Assembly: GCA_041674805.1 (NCBI GenBank)
Contig: JBAYVA010000001.1
Coordinates: 326,612 to 390,611 of the forward strand
DNA length: 64,000 nt
Direction: 5' to 3'
Source of the DNA: Candidatus Magasanikiibacteriota bacterium
Lineage (GTDB): Bacteria; Patescibacteriota; Patescibacteriia; Magasanikbacterales; UBA922
A program made the position numbers and the translations under genes. The notes under the pieces are model-generated. The model ran no database searches, was not told where the DNA came from, and saw only the letters and a program-made list of their open reading frames with translations. Positions within the stretch are counted from its first letter, which is position 1; each line of letters opens with the position of its first letter. Below, in pieces: positions 27,801 to 37,482 of the stretch.

Positions 27801-28913
27801 TTATGCTTTCATGTCAGCATGTTTTGAAACACTCACCACAATCCCCATACTAGCCATACCAATCATCAGCGCACTACCACCGTGACTAACAAATGGCAAA
27901 GGCACACCAGTCAAAGGCAATAATCCCACAATAGCGCCAATATTCAAAAAAGATTGCACAAAAAGCCACGACATCACACCAGTCACCAATAATCTACCAA
28001 ATTCATCTTTAGTATTTACCGCAATACTAAACCCACGTTTTAACAACAAAAACAAAAGAGACAAAAAACCTACAACCATGACAAAACCCATTTCTTCGGA
28101 CATAATCGCAAAAATACTATCACCATGTACTTCTGGCAAATACTGAAACTTTTGTCTAGAATGACCAAAACCAAGTCCAAACAAACCACCCGAACCTACA
28201 GCCAAAAAAGCTTGATTGATTTGATAACCTTGTCCTTGAGGATCAAGCTCTGGATGCAAAAAAGTGGTAAGTCTATGTGCTCTATATGGTGCGATAATAA
28301 CCAAAAAAATAAAACCAATTACCGCTGCCAAAACCAAACCAGACATATGAGAAAATTTGGCACCAGCAAAAAAGAGCATTGCAAACAAAATACTAAATAA
28401 AATAGCTGTTGTACCAATATCTGGCTGTAAAATTACCATCGCAATAGGAAGCATTCCCACTCCCAAAGCTACTAAAAAACCTTCTTTGAAATCTTTTATT
28501 TTGTCACCCATCTTGGCAAAAAAAGCTGCCATATAAATAATCAAAGACATTTTCATTGCTTCAGCTGGCTGAAAAGAATAACCAAACAAATTGATCCAAC
28601 TACTACTACTAGTATTATTGGTAGAACCAATTCCTGGCACAAAAACCAAAAATAATAAAAACAAACCAAGCAAAAATATTGGCGCTGACAATTTTCTCCA
28701 AAAATTATAATTTATTTTTGATAAAATAATAAACAAAAAAAATCCTGGCAAAAAACCAAGAAAAAATTGTCTTTTAACAAAAAAATAAGGATCATCAAAA
28801 CTATTTATCCCCACAGCAACTGAAGCAGAACTAAGTACCATCATACCAAAAATCAGCAGGATAAAAAAAAGTGAAATAAAATTGTAATCAGCTTTTTTTG
28901 AAGTAGTACTCAT
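27801..28913 (-). CDS. ftsW: SEDS-family peptidoglycan glycosyltransferase FtsW/RodA
   Basis: 10-TM SEDS protein with …LPEVHGDSIFAIMSEEMGFV…, the conserved FtsW/RodA motif. Located directly upstream of murG. Confidence 0.8.
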   Translation of the reverse strand: MSTTSKKADYNFISLFFILLIFGMMVLSSASVAVGINSFDDPYFFVKRQFFLGFLPGFFLFIILSKINYNFWRKLSAPIFLLGLFLLFLVFVPGIGSTNNTSSSSWINLFGYSFQPAEAMKMSLIIYMAAFFAKMGDKIKDFKEGFLVALGVGMLPIAMVILQPDIGTTAILFSILFAMLFFAGAKFSHMSGLVLAAVIGFIFLVIIAPYRAHRLTTFLHPELDPQGQGYQINQAFLAVGSGGLFGLGFGHSRQKFQYLPEVHGDSIFAIMSEEMGFVMVVGFLSLLFLLLKRGFSIAVNTKDEFGRLLVTGVMSWLFVQSFLNIGAIVGLLPLTGVPLPFVSHGGSALMIGMASMGIVVSVSKHADMKA

Positions 28914-28917
28914 AAAG

Positions 28918-29280
28918 CTATACGTTCAAAAATACCAAAATAAAAGTCACCATCACAATAAATACCTGACAAACAAAAGCTACAAAATTCAAAACTTGTG
29001 ACATAAACTTGTCTTTTTTGAACAAAAGCCAACCCATAAAAAAATTACTAAGAATAATCATCAGACCCATAAACGGTACCAAAAAGACTTTCCAACTTTC
29101 ACCTATTAAATCTACACCAAACAAAACATTGTAATGCAAAAACAAATCAGATTCTGAAACTGGCAATTGGAATTTGAGCCAAAACCAAGAAAACAAATTC
29201 AATAGCAATGACAAACTAACCATCAACATGATAGGGAAAGAGAAGAAATAAAGTTTCAATGGATAAAGACGTAATTTCAT
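28918..29280 (-). CDS. hypothetical small membrane protein
   Basis: 120 aa with 3-4 TM helices; 4-nt gap to ftsW. Confidence 0.35.
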   Translation of the reverse strand: MKLRLYPLKLYFFSFPIMLMVSLSLLLNLFSWFWLKFQLPVSESDLFLHYNVLFGVDLIGESWKVFLVPFMGLMIILSNFFMGWLLFKKDKFMSQVLNFVAFVCQVFIVMVTFILVFLNV

Positions 29281-29283
29281 AAA

Positions 29284-29390
29284 AAAAGCTTAAAAAGCTT
29301 AAAATGCCTAAAAGGCTTAAAAGGCTCTTTAAACAAAAGGCCTTTCTGGCTTTTCCAGCATTTTAAGCCTTTCAAGCCTGTACAAATTAT
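29284..29390. repeat. inverted repeat built of aaaagcttaaaa / ttttaagcctt short repeats
   Basis: agcttaaaaagcttaaaatgcctaaaaggcttaaaaggctc … aggcctttctggcttttccagcattttaagcctttcaagcct. Confidence 0.45.
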
Positions 29391-29491
29391 ACCCCACATT
29401 TAATCTCTTGACAAGCAAGTTCAATTACGATATAATGTCCCCGATTCACTTTTTATATAAATTTTTAAAATTTAGTAATAATAAACCCATT

Positions 29492-29779
29492 ATGGCACAT
29501 AAGAAAGCCGGTGGAACCACCAGGTTGGGACGAGACTCAAATCCACAGTACCTAGGCGTTAAGGTCAGTGATGGCCAAACAGTCAAAACAGGTATGGTCT
29601 TAGTTCGTCAACGTGGCAGTAAAATCCACCCAGGAAAAAATGTAAAAAAAGGTAAAGATGACACTTTGTTTACTCTATCAAACGGTAAAGTAAAATTCCA
29701 AACTAAAAAAAGAATGAGTTTCATCGGCAAATTAAAAACTGCCAAATATTTACATGTTGTTCCTGAAGAAGTAAAATAA
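29492..29779 (+). CDS. rpmA: 50S ribosomal protein L27
   Basis: [24 protein letters not shown]…[14 protein letters not shown]…[11 protein letters not shown]. The track ORF starts earlier at 29408, but the canonical MAHKK start is at 29492. Confidence 0.85.
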   Translation: MAHKKAGGTTRLGRDSNPQYLGVKVSDGQTVKTGMVLVRQRGSKIHPGKNVKKGKDDTLFTLSNGKVKFQTKKRMSFIGKLKTAKYLHVVPEEVK

Positions 29780-29785
29780 TATTTC

Positions 29786-29818
29786 AAAAAACGACCTTAT
29801 CAAATGGGCCGTTTTTTT
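29786..29818 (+). terminator. terminator hairpin after rpmA
   Basis: aaaacgacc-ttatcaaat-gggccgtttt followed by TTT. Confidence 0.5.
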
Positions 29819-29844
29819 ATTATTTGAGAGATTTGTGATACAAT

Positions 29845-29970
29845 ACAAATAATACACAACCTCAAAATTACAAATTCCAAATAATAAACAAATAACAAAT
29901 CTCAAATTACTTTATTATTGTATATTGTAATTTATTTGGAATTTGTTTATTTAGTATTGTTTATTCTATA
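29845..29970. repeat. AT-rich palindromic intergenic repeat (copy 2 of the family seen at 16688-16800)
   Basis: …caaaattacaaattccaaataataaacaaataacaaatctc…attgtaatttatttggaatttgtttatttagtattgtttattc. The 5' arm (acaaattccaaata) is the reverse complement of the 3' arm (tttggaatttgt). Confidence 0.55.
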
Positions 29971-29975
29971 CAACT

Positions 29976-30776
29976 ATGCTTCAATTCTTCACAACTCTCC
30001 TCCAAGCCGTTCTCCTCCAACTAACCGGTTTATTCGGTATCTTTTTTATCATTGGTTTCTTCCAATCAATCATTCAACAAAAAACACTAGAGAATTATCA
30101 GCGCAGTCTTGGTTGGAAAGGAATACTCTGGACCGCCTGGATGGGTACTCCAATTCATGAGATGGGACATTATTTTTTTGCCAAAGTATTTCATCATCGA
30201 GTGGACAAAGTAAGCATTTTTGCGCCAAATGAAGAATCTGGCAATCTTGGGCATGTTGACCACAGCTACAACACCAAAAGTATTTACCAAAGACTTGGCA
30301 ATTTTTTTATCGGCGCCGCGCCCATGATCTTTGGGTCAATCGTGCTTGTCATTTTTCTCTATTTCTTCGTACCAAATGCCAAAGAAATCTTCAATCCCCT
30401 TTTTGCTAGTTTCAACAATCCTCTAGAATTTCTAAAAGCAATTTATGAAAGTCTAAAAAATCTCTTTGCAATAGACAATATCAACAAATGGAACTTCTGG
30501 CTATTCTTCTATCTATCTCTTGCTGTAGCCTCTCACATGGCGCCAAGCAAGCCGGACAGACGTGGGATGTGGAGTGGATTCTTCTGGATTGTGTTACTGA
30601 TGATTATAGTCAACATCATCACTCTCCTACTTGGCGTGGACATCACTGTTTATATTTTGAATCTTAGTCAATTTCTTGGATTATTTATCGCCATATTTGT
30701 CTATGGTCTTTTACTTTCATTTTTACATTATTTGATTTCTATTTTATTGTTGGTTTTGTTTAGGAAGAGGTTTTAA
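29976..30776 (+). CDS. hypothetical membrane protein with HExxH motif (putative membrane zinc metalloprotease)
   Basis: 266 aa with about 6 TM helices. IHEMGHYFFAKVFHH is followed by conserved acidic residues. Confidence 0.45.
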   Translation: MLQFFTTLLQAVLLQLTGLFGIFFIIGFFQSIIQQKTLENYQRSLGWKGILWTAWMGTPIHEMGHYFFAKVFHHRVDKVSIFAPNEESGNLGHVDHSYNTKSIYQRLGNFFIGAAPMIFGSIVLVIFLYFFVPNAKEIFNPLFASFNNPLEFLKAIYESLKNLFAIDNINKWNFWLFFYLSLAVASHMAPSKPDRRGMWSGFFWIVLLMIIVNIITLLLGVDITVYILNLSQFLGLFIAIFVYGLLLSFLHYLISILLLVLFRKRF

Positions 30777-30793
30777 AGATTTTGGAGAAAATA

Positions 30794-30825
30794 AAAAACA
30801 GACGATGGGTCTGTTTTTTTGTGTT
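30794..30825. terminator. bidirectional terminator (HExxH gene / hsdR convergent)
   Basis: aacagac-gatgg-gtctgtt stem followed by TTTTTT. Confidence 0.6.
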
Positions 30826-30831
30826 TATATT

Positions 30832-33144
30832 TTATTTAGCAATTTTCGCGTAAAGATTTTTTTGGAAAGTGAAAAACATTTTACGAATTTGATCCACATT
30901 GCCCAAATGTTTTTCAGCATCAGCCAAAGCATGATATTTGAGATTAAGTAAAACTGGCAATTGATCTTCACCAAGTTCTTCCACACCTTTTTCAGTATAT
31001 TTATCCAAAATAAAATCTATAAAGTCTTTTTGCTTATCATCAAGTTTTTCCAAAATTTTGTCTTTTGTTTTAGATACTCTTTCCTCACGAGAAACTTTTG
31101 GATTGAGAAAAGAAATATAATTGAGGACATCAAACAAATCACTATTTTCAGCGTCAACGATTTTTTGCAAAGTTTCCAGCTCTACTGGACCAAAGCCAAG
31201 TTCAGCAATACTATCAAGAAAAGCTTTTCTAGTCGTAGGATTTGACCAAATTTTTCGCAGTTCTTCTTCACTTTTGAAAAAGTCTGGCATTTTTTCAAAC
31301 ATATTGTTCATAAATTCTTCGACAGAAATTGGCTTGCCATCAGCACTCCAAAAAGAAGTAGAAATCATATGTTGAATTTCTCTTTCTTTACCATCACGAA
31401 GCTTTATTTTCAATTTTGGTTTTGGTTCTTGTCGTGGTTCTGGTTCAGTAATTATTTTAGCAATTTCTTTATCTTTTGGTTCTTTTATTTTTTTGTCTAT
31501 AGTCACTTCAATTGGTTCACCATCCCATTCTGGATCAGAAAAATGTTTGTAAGCATCGACAAAATCATAAATAGTAAAATATTCTTTGCCATCAAAAAGT
31601 CTGGTACCGCGTCCGACAATTTGTTTGAATTCAATCATCGAATTGACTGGACGCATCAGGACAATATTGCGGACATTGCGCGCGTCGACGCCGGTAGAAA
31701 GTTTTTGTGATGTAGTAAGAATTGTTGGAATAGTCTTTTCATTGTCTTGAAACTCACGCAAAAATTGTTCACCATGAGCACCGTCATTGGCAGTGACACG
31801 CACACAATAATTTGGGTCTTTACTATCTTTCATTTGGTTTATCAAATCACGAACAGCCAAAGCATGATCTTGATTGGCACAAAAAATAATTGTTTTTTCT
31901 TGTTTGTTTATTTCATCCAAAACAATTCTCACTCTTTTGGCTTCACGTTCTTTGATGTGTATTATTCTATTGAAATCTGGTTCTTCATAAATACGACCTT
32001 CTTCTATATCACCTTCAATAATCTGATCGTCAGATGTATAAACATAAGTATCTAAAGTAGTTTGTACACGTTTTACTTTGAAAGGAGTAAGAAAACCATC
32101 GTTGACACCTTCTTTGAGAGAATACGTATAAACTGGTTTACCAAAATAATCATAAGTATCAGCATTGTCTTTTCTTTTTGGTGTAGCGGTAAGACCAAGT
32201 TGCACAGCAGGTGAAAAATAATTCAAAATTTCACGCCAAGTACTTTCGTCATTTGCTCCGCCACGATGACACTCATCAATAATAATAAAATCAAAAAAGT
32301 CTTTAGGATATTCGCCAAAATATGGTGCGCCATTTGGACCACTCATGAAAGTCTGAAAAATAGTAAAAAATATACTACCACTTTTTGGCACGCCGCCTTT
32401 TTTACGAATATCTAGTGGGTTGATACGTACGAGAGCATTTTCTTCAAAAGCTGAAAAAGAGTTGAAAGCTTGATCTGCCAAAATATTTCTATCAGCCAAA
32501 AACAAAATGCGAGGACGACGTTTACCATTTCTTTCTAGATTCCAACGACTTTGAAACAATTTCCAAGCTATTTGAAAAGAAATAAAAGTCTTACCAGTAC
32601 CTGTTGCCAAAGTAAGAAGTATTCTGTTTTTTTCTTCAGCCACAGCAGACAAAGCATTGTTGACTGCAATTTCTTGGTAATATCTAGGAGTTTTGCCACT
32701 ACCAGCATCTTCAAACGGTACAGCATCAAATTTTTCTTTCCAAGTATTTTCTGCACCAAAAGTCTTGTGCCAAAGTTCTTCAGGTGTCGGAAAATGCAAA
32801 ACAGTTTTTTCTTCACCAGTTTCTAGCGACATTTCATAAATTTCACGACCATTGCTAGCGTAAGTATAATTGATTTGTAATTTGTGAGCATAAGCTTTGG
32901 CTTGGGCAACACCTTCACCAACGGCAATCTCCAAAGACTTCGCTTCTACGACTGCCAATTTACGATTTTTGTATACCAAAATATAGTCGGCTATTTCCGC
33001 TTTATTATTAAACAAACCAACACTACCAACACGATCATTAGTAATGCGGAATTCACGCAAGATTTTTGAATTTTCTAATACTCCCCAGCCAGCCTCCTTG
33101 AGCTTTGGGTCGATGTACTCAGCCCGTGTTTCGGCTTCATTCAT
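30832..33144 (-). CDS. hsdR: type I restriction enzyme R subunit HsdR
   Basis: HsdR N-terminal EAETRAEYIDPKLKEAGW; helicase motifs I LATGTGKT and II IIIDECHRG; ATP-dependent translocase domain. The track start at 33210 is probably too early; MNEAETR at 33144 is more likely. Confidence 0.8.
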   Translation of the reverse strand: MNEAETRAEYIDPKLKEAGWGVLENSKILREFRITNDRVGSVGLFNNKAEIADYILVYKNRKLAVVEAKSLEIAVGEGVAQAKAYAHKLQINYTYASNGREIYEMSLETGEEKTVLHFPTPEELWHKTFGAENTWKEKFDAVPFEDAGSGKTPRYYQEIAVNNALSAVAEEKNRILLTLATGTGKTFISFQIAWKLFQSRWNLERNGKRRPRILFLADRNILADQAFNSFSAFEENALVRINPLDIRKKGGVPKSGSIFFTIFQTFMSGPNGAPYFGEYPKDFFDFIIIDECHRGGANDESTWREILNYFSPAVQLGLTATPKRKDNADTYDYFGKPVYTYSLKEGVNDGFLTPFKVKRVQTTLDTYVYTSDDQIIEGDIEEGRIYEEPDFNRIIHIKEREAKRVRIVLDEINKQEKTIIFCANQDHALAVRDLINQMKDSKDPNYCVRVTANDGAHGEQFLREFQDNEKTIPTILTTSQKLSTGVDARNVRNIVLMRPVNSMIEFKQIVGRGTRLFDGKEYFTIYDFVDAYKHFSDPEWDGEPIEVTIDKKIKEPKDKEIAKIITEPEPRQEPKPKLKIKLRDGKEREIQHMISTSFWSADGKPISVEEFMNNMFEKMPDFFKSEEELRKIWSNPTTRKAFLDSIAELGFGPVELETLQKIVDAENSDLFDVLNYISFLNPKVSREERVSKTKDKILEKLDDKQKDFIDFILDKYTEKGVEELGEDQLPVLLNLKYHALADAEKHLGNVDQIRKMFFTFQKNLYAKIAK

Positions 33145-33152
33145 AAATAAAA

Positions 33153-33338
33153 TTATTTTCCTCCGTATCTTTTTTCTGCTTCTCCTTCTTTTAATTCTTT
33201 GCCAGACCATCTGCCAAAACGTGCCCCACAGTCTTTACAATCAATTTCACTGACACCATCATAACGTTCAGGACTGTCATAAGAGTACTCTACATAAATA
33301 ATATTTTTACTACCACATTTTTTACATTTTTTGTCCAT
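33153..33338 (-). CDS. small zinc-ribbon protein
   Basis: 61 aa with CKKCGS…CKDCGA (CxxC-x29-CxxC), wedged between the Fic gene and hsdR and overlapping the hsdR start. Confidence 0.4.
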   Translation of the reverse strand: MDKKCKKCGSKNIIYVEYSYDSPERYDGVSEIDCKDCGARFGRWSGKELKEGEAEKRYGGK

Positions 33339-33342
33339 ATGG

Positions 33343-34536
33343 TTAATTTTTATTATTTAAAGATGCTGGAATAAAACTATTTTTTTCAAGTATATGTATA
33401 GCCCCTCGCAATAAATAATTATTGGCAAATCCTAAAGTATATACTCTTCCTTTGGGATTGATAGAAATAAGCATTTTTTTGTCTTTAAGCCTTTTTAGAA
33501 TTCTAGAACGCTGTACAGAAGATTCTTCTCCAATTATTTTTTCTAAATCTGAAGATTTGATAATCATATCTTTACTTTTAACCAAGTATGCAAGTATTTC
33601 ATGTTCACGTTTTGTAATATGTTCATTATCCAAAGCAAAAGACAACATAGGTAACAAAATATTATTTGTCATATATGAAAGGTCTAACAATTTATCAATT
33701 TTTTCTATTTCTTCACGCAAACCTTCCAAAACATAAGAACACCACTGCAAAGTTTTTTCCTCTTCTCCTGTATCTGCCAAAGATAACATTTGATAATATT
33801 TATCACGGTCCATGCAAAAGACAGCTGTTGGATTCAAAATCCTACCATTTTTTACTTGAAAACGTTGTTTTATCAAAAGTGCATAAGTAAACATTCTCAC
33901 AAGACGACCATTGCCATTGTCAAAAGGATGAATCCAAGCCATACGATGATGTGACAAAGCAACAACCAAAAGATGATATTGAGAATCCAGAGGTTGGTTT
34001 ATGAATTTTATAAATTCCTCAAAATAATCTGGAACTTTCATAAAATCAGGAGGAACATGTTCTGCTTTACCAATAGAAACATTTACTGGTCTTAATTGAC
34101 CTGGGTATCTTGATCCCTCACCATTTGGTGAAGGTGTGAGACCTTCTACCAATATCTTGTGAATTTCAGAAATCAAAGCTCTATCTATTTTTGTTTTATT
34201 ATTTACATTATTTTCTATAAATTCAATAGCTCTTTCAATATTAGAGATCTCTCTGTCTTTTTCGGATTTACTATTTTTTGCTTTATTTTCAATAATCTTT
34301 TCTACATATTCAGCCAAAGTAGTTCTATTTCCTTCAATACGGGCAGAACCTATACTTTCTAAAATCTGAAAAATATTCTTTAATTGAAAGAATATATAAG
34401 GAGGAACTGGACCGCCAAGTTGTTTTACACGCAATTTTTCTAATTCAATAATAGTATTGGCCAGTTTGCTATTCCATTTTGGCTCATAAAGCTTAAAAGG
34501 AATATCTTTGAATTTTGGCTTATTTTCAGAAGTCAT
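33343..34536 (-). CDS. Fic/DOC family protein (AMPylase-like) with C-terminal winged-helix
   Basis: Canonical Fic motif HPFDNGNGRLVRMF with Fic_N-like N-terminus. It is embedded in the hsd operon. Confidence 0.8.
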   Translation of the reverse strand: MTSENKPKFKDIPFKLYEPKWNSKLANTIIELEKLRVKQLGGPVPPYIFFQLKNIFQILESIGSARIEGNRTTLAEYVEKIIENKAKNSKSEKDREISNIERAIEFIENNVNNKTKIDRALISEIHKILVEGLTPSPNGEGSRYPGQLRPVNVSIGKAEHVPPDFMKVPDYFEEFIKFINQPLDSQYHLLVVALSHHRMAWIHPFDNGNGRLVRMFTYALLIKQRFQVKNGRILNPTAVFCMDRDKYYQMLSLADTGEEEKTLQWCSYVLEGLREEIEKIDKLLDLSYMTNNILLPMLSFALDNEHITKREHEILAYLVKSKDMIIKSSDLEKIIGEESSVQRSRILKRLKDKKMLISINPKGRVYTLGFANNYLLRGAIHILEKNSFIPASLNNKN

Positions 34537-34645
34537 ATAGACTATTTAACATATATAGCTATATATTAGCTTATATTAGCTATTTTGTCAAGTGGATAGA
34601 TTATTGTCATTTAACATTTATCTTTTTAGACATTTAACATCTTTT

Positions 34646-35860
34646 TTACAACTCCCCTGCAAAGGCCTTTTTCAAAACAGATTTCTTGAGTTCTTCGAGA
34701 CTAGCCAATTTCTTCATATATATTTCCTCTAGTTTCTTAGTTTCAGCTGAAAGTGCGTCGAGCTTGGCGACGATGGATTTTTGTTCGGTGAGAGATTTTG
34801 GATAATTTAAAATAATTTGTTTTAAAGCACCACCATTAAATTGAGGTTGAGCTGAACCTGCAGAAAGTTGATTGACTTGATCCCAATAGATTTTAGATTT
34901 TGAAAAATGCCAATATAATTTACTAAAAATTTCTTTTTTAAATTTCATTCTAATAAGATATGATGCAAAAACTGAGGGTTCATCATTTTCAAAAAGCAAA
35001 ACATTTCCAGCAGAAGCTCCTGTTCTCGCCATTAACAAATCATTATTATTTAAAAGATATTTTTCAGCCTCTTTAAAAGAATCAACATACATCTTATTTT
35101 CTTTTGTAAGTAAACCATTTTCATCAGTATCTGTAATTCTTACAAATCGGTACTTTCCTTTATTTTTAGCTTTGGTAGTATAACCATATTCTACATCACA
35201 AATATCTCCTAAACTTTTTTCTTCCCACTTTTGACCTTCGACTTTTGACTTTTGACTTGTGAAAACACTATTCAAATAACTCTCAAAGACCTCCTTACTA
35301 TTTTTCAAATTCTTTTCAGTATTTGCTTTGGCTGTTTCAATGCCAGCGAAGACTTCGTCGAGTATTTTTACGATGTGGTGTTGGGTGGGGAGAGGAGGGA
35401 GAGGGATTTCAAAATTTTTTATTTGTTCTGTACTCAAATTTGGTTGGGCTGAGCCCATTGATATTTTTAAATTTTCTTCAATTTTAGTTGATAAAAAATA
35501 ATATAAATAATCCTTCACTAAATCTTTTTTTGGTTTAAATTTTCCTACACGCTGATTCAAATAAAATATTTCATCAGTATCACAAACAGCTAACTTTCCA
35601 GTTGTTGCGCCAGACATTGCAATTACCAGATCACCTTTTAAAACTTGATATTTATCAAAATTTTCTTTATAACTTTTTTTGTCAAAAAATACAAGTCTAT
35701 TATAAGAAATTCCATCATTTTGAATATTCGAAATTCTTAAAACAGGAAAACCATTCTCCTTAAATAATTTACTCTTAAAAGCAAATCCATTTTGAAAATC
35801 ACAAACTTCACTAAGTTTTTTTGTTTGCCAATTATTTTTTGTCATAGTAAAACTTTCCAT
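34646..35860 (-). CDS. hsdS: type I restriction-modification specificity subunit HsdS
   Basis: Two target-recognition domains separated and followed by conserved coiled-coil spacers (…PLPPLPTQHHIVKILDEVF… and …QKSIVAKLDALSAETKKLEEIY…). Confidence 0.8.
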   Translation of the reverse strand: MESFTMTKNNWQTKKLSEVCDFQNGFAFKSKLFKENGFPVLRISNIQNDGISYNRLVFFDKKSYKENFDKYQVLKGDLVIAMSGATTGKLAVCDTDEIFYLNQRVGKFKPKKDLVKDYLYYFLSTKIEENLKISMGSAQPNLSTEQIKNFEIPLPPLPTQHHIVKILDEVFAGIETAKANTEKNLKNSKEVFESYLNSVFTSQKSKVEGQKWEEKSLGDICDVEYGYTTKAKNKGKYRFVRITDTDENGLLTKENKMYVDSFKEAEKYLLNNNDLLMARTGASAGNVLLFENDEPSVFASYLIRMKFKKEIFSKLYWHFSKSKIYWDQVNQLSAGSAQPQFNGGALKQIILNYPKSLTEQKSIVAKLDALSAETKKLEEIYMKKLASLEELKKSVLKKAFAGEL

Positions 35861-36452
35861 TTTCTATTCTATTAGGTAAATTATTGAATATCTCTAATAC
35901 AAAATCATGGTAGTCTTCAATAATTTTTATTAAGTCAGATATTAAAAGATATCTATTATTTATACATATACTTTTATAATCTTCGCTTACATCCAAAAAT
36001 AAATCTTTTTTAAAAGTATTATAAAAAATATCTTCATTTATATGCTCTACTCTATTACGTATTTTAGAGACATTATATTTTTTTAGTCTATTTATAGTTT
36101 TTTTATCTATATATTTTAATAGATTTATTTTTCTTTTATCATCATTCTTACCATTTATTATAATATCAAAAATTTTTATAAATCTATTTATAGCATAAAG
36201 GCAATCTTCTAAATTATTTATAATATTTATTCTATAAATTAATTTGTCACCTGTTTTTATTTCTTCTTCTAAAGATTCTTTTACTTCTTCATATTTAAAC
36301 CAAGATTTATCAACTAACCTAAAAAGTAATCTTATATACAATTTACTTTTTTCATCTAAAACTTTTTCAGATCCGACTAAAATAATAGGTAAAAACCTAC
36401 TAACTAAAGGAAAATCAATTTTAATGTTGGGAATTTTATTATTATTTTTCAT
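35832..36452 (-). CDS. hypothetical protein (partner of the RelA/SpoT-domain gene; very AT-rich)
   Basis: 206 aa, Lys/Asn/Ile-rich with no known motif. It overlaps the upstream RelA/SpoT gene by 11 nt and hsdS by 29 nt, so the genes are translationally coupled. Confidence 0.4.
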   Translation of the reverse strand: MKNNNKIPNIKIDFPLVSRFLPIILVGSEKVLDEKSKLYIRLLFRLVDKSWFKYEEVKESLEEEIKTGDKLIYRINIINNLEDCLYAINRFIKIFDIIINGKNDDKRKINLLKYIDKKTINRLKKYNVSKIRNRVEHINEDIFYNTFKKDLFLDVSEDYKSICINNRYLLISDLIKIIEDYHDFVLEIFNNLPNRIENGKFYYDKK

Positions 36453-37482
36453 AATCTATTATTTTTTCTTCAATCACATCTAATAACTTTACAAATTCCT
36501 GTGTATCAAGAAAATAATTTGGATAAAGTTTTTCTAAATTATTTATATCATCTACAGAAACTAACACAATCTCCGTGTTTTTATCATTTAGATACTTTTT
36601 TTCTAACTTCGTATATTGATTATTTGCTTGATCTAATTTTGACTCAGAATATCGTTCAATATTTAATAATTTATTTTTAAAATTTAAAGAAATAAGGTAA
36701 TATTTACCTCTTTCTTTCTTTGTTTCTTTAGTAGAAATTTGAGTAGCAACCGAAAAACCTTCTATTTTATCTCTTAATTTTAATTCTTTAATTCTTTTAG
36801 ATATTTTTTGAAAAAATATTATATCAATATCATCATATTCCAACATGATAAATGCTTTGCTAATTTCTTTAAATAAATCAAGTAATTCTGCATCACCAAA
36901 ACTTTGTTTTAATGGTTGTCTTAAATATGTTCCTATAACTTCAACCGCTGTTGCCCAGGCATGATGTATTTTTGTTCTTAATTGAATTTCAATTCTGCAT
37001 TGACAATCTATAGAAACTTTTTTGTCATATTTATAAATTAAATGGATACTTCTATATCCACTTTCTTTTGGTTCTTTTATATAATCTTTTTCTTTTAAAA
37101 AAGTTGATTTGAAAGCTGCTTCTTGTTCTCCTTTTTTTAATAAATCTCTTAATTTATAGACCTCTTCTAAATTATCAACAACTGCACGTAAACCACCAAC
37201 ATCTTGCATTTGAGATAAAGACATGTTTTCTTGAATTTTTAACTTACTGATTATCGATGGTGCTCGCTTTAATCTCTGAGAAATTAAAACGTTACTATTT
37301 ATTGATTTAGATTTTCTTATTAAAGACATTCTAAAAACAATCAATGGATGGATATGAATTGATCTAAAGTTTTCTAAAATTTCAATAGCTAAATCTTGTG
37401 TTATTTTTTCATCAGATATACCAGCAAGAACATCCCCAGCTTTATCTATTTCCTTTTTTGAATATTTTAAAAATGACTTCAT
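36442..37482 (-). CDS. RelA/SpoT-domain nucleotide pyrophosphokinase (small alarmone synthetase-like; toxSAS/CapRel-like) with about 140-aa C-terminal extension
   Basis: Synthetase-fold motifs RLKRAPSIISKLK, DVGGLRAVV, YRSIHLIYKY and EIQLRTKIHHAWA. An unrecognisable C-terminal domain of about 140 aa follows. It overlaps hsdM by 4 nt. Confidence 0.7.
   Translation of the reverse strand: MKSFLKYSKKEIDKAGDVLAGISDEKITQDLAIEILENFRSIHIHPLIVFRMSLIRKSKSINSNVLISQRLKRAPSIISKLKIQENMSLSQMQDVGGLRAVVDNLEEVYKLRDLLKKGEQEAAFKSTFLKEKDYIKEPKESGYRSIHLIYKYDKKVSIDCQCRIEIQLRTKIHHAWATAVEVIGTYLRQPLKQSFGDAELLDLFKEISKAFIMLEYDDIDIIFFQKISKRIKELKLRDKIEGFSVATQISTKETKKERGKYYLISLNFKNKLLNIERYSESKLDQANNQYTKLEKKYLNDKNTEIVLVSVDDINNLEKLYPNYFLDTQEFVKLLDVIEEKIIDYEK

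Noticed and set aside
33153-33210. hsdR start at 33210 as given by the ORF track
   Set aside because: The first 22 codons (MVWQRIKRRRSRKKIRRKIILF) are a basic low-complexity run overlapping the upstream zinc-ribbon ORF. The canonical HsdR N-terminus begins at MNEAETRAEY (33144).
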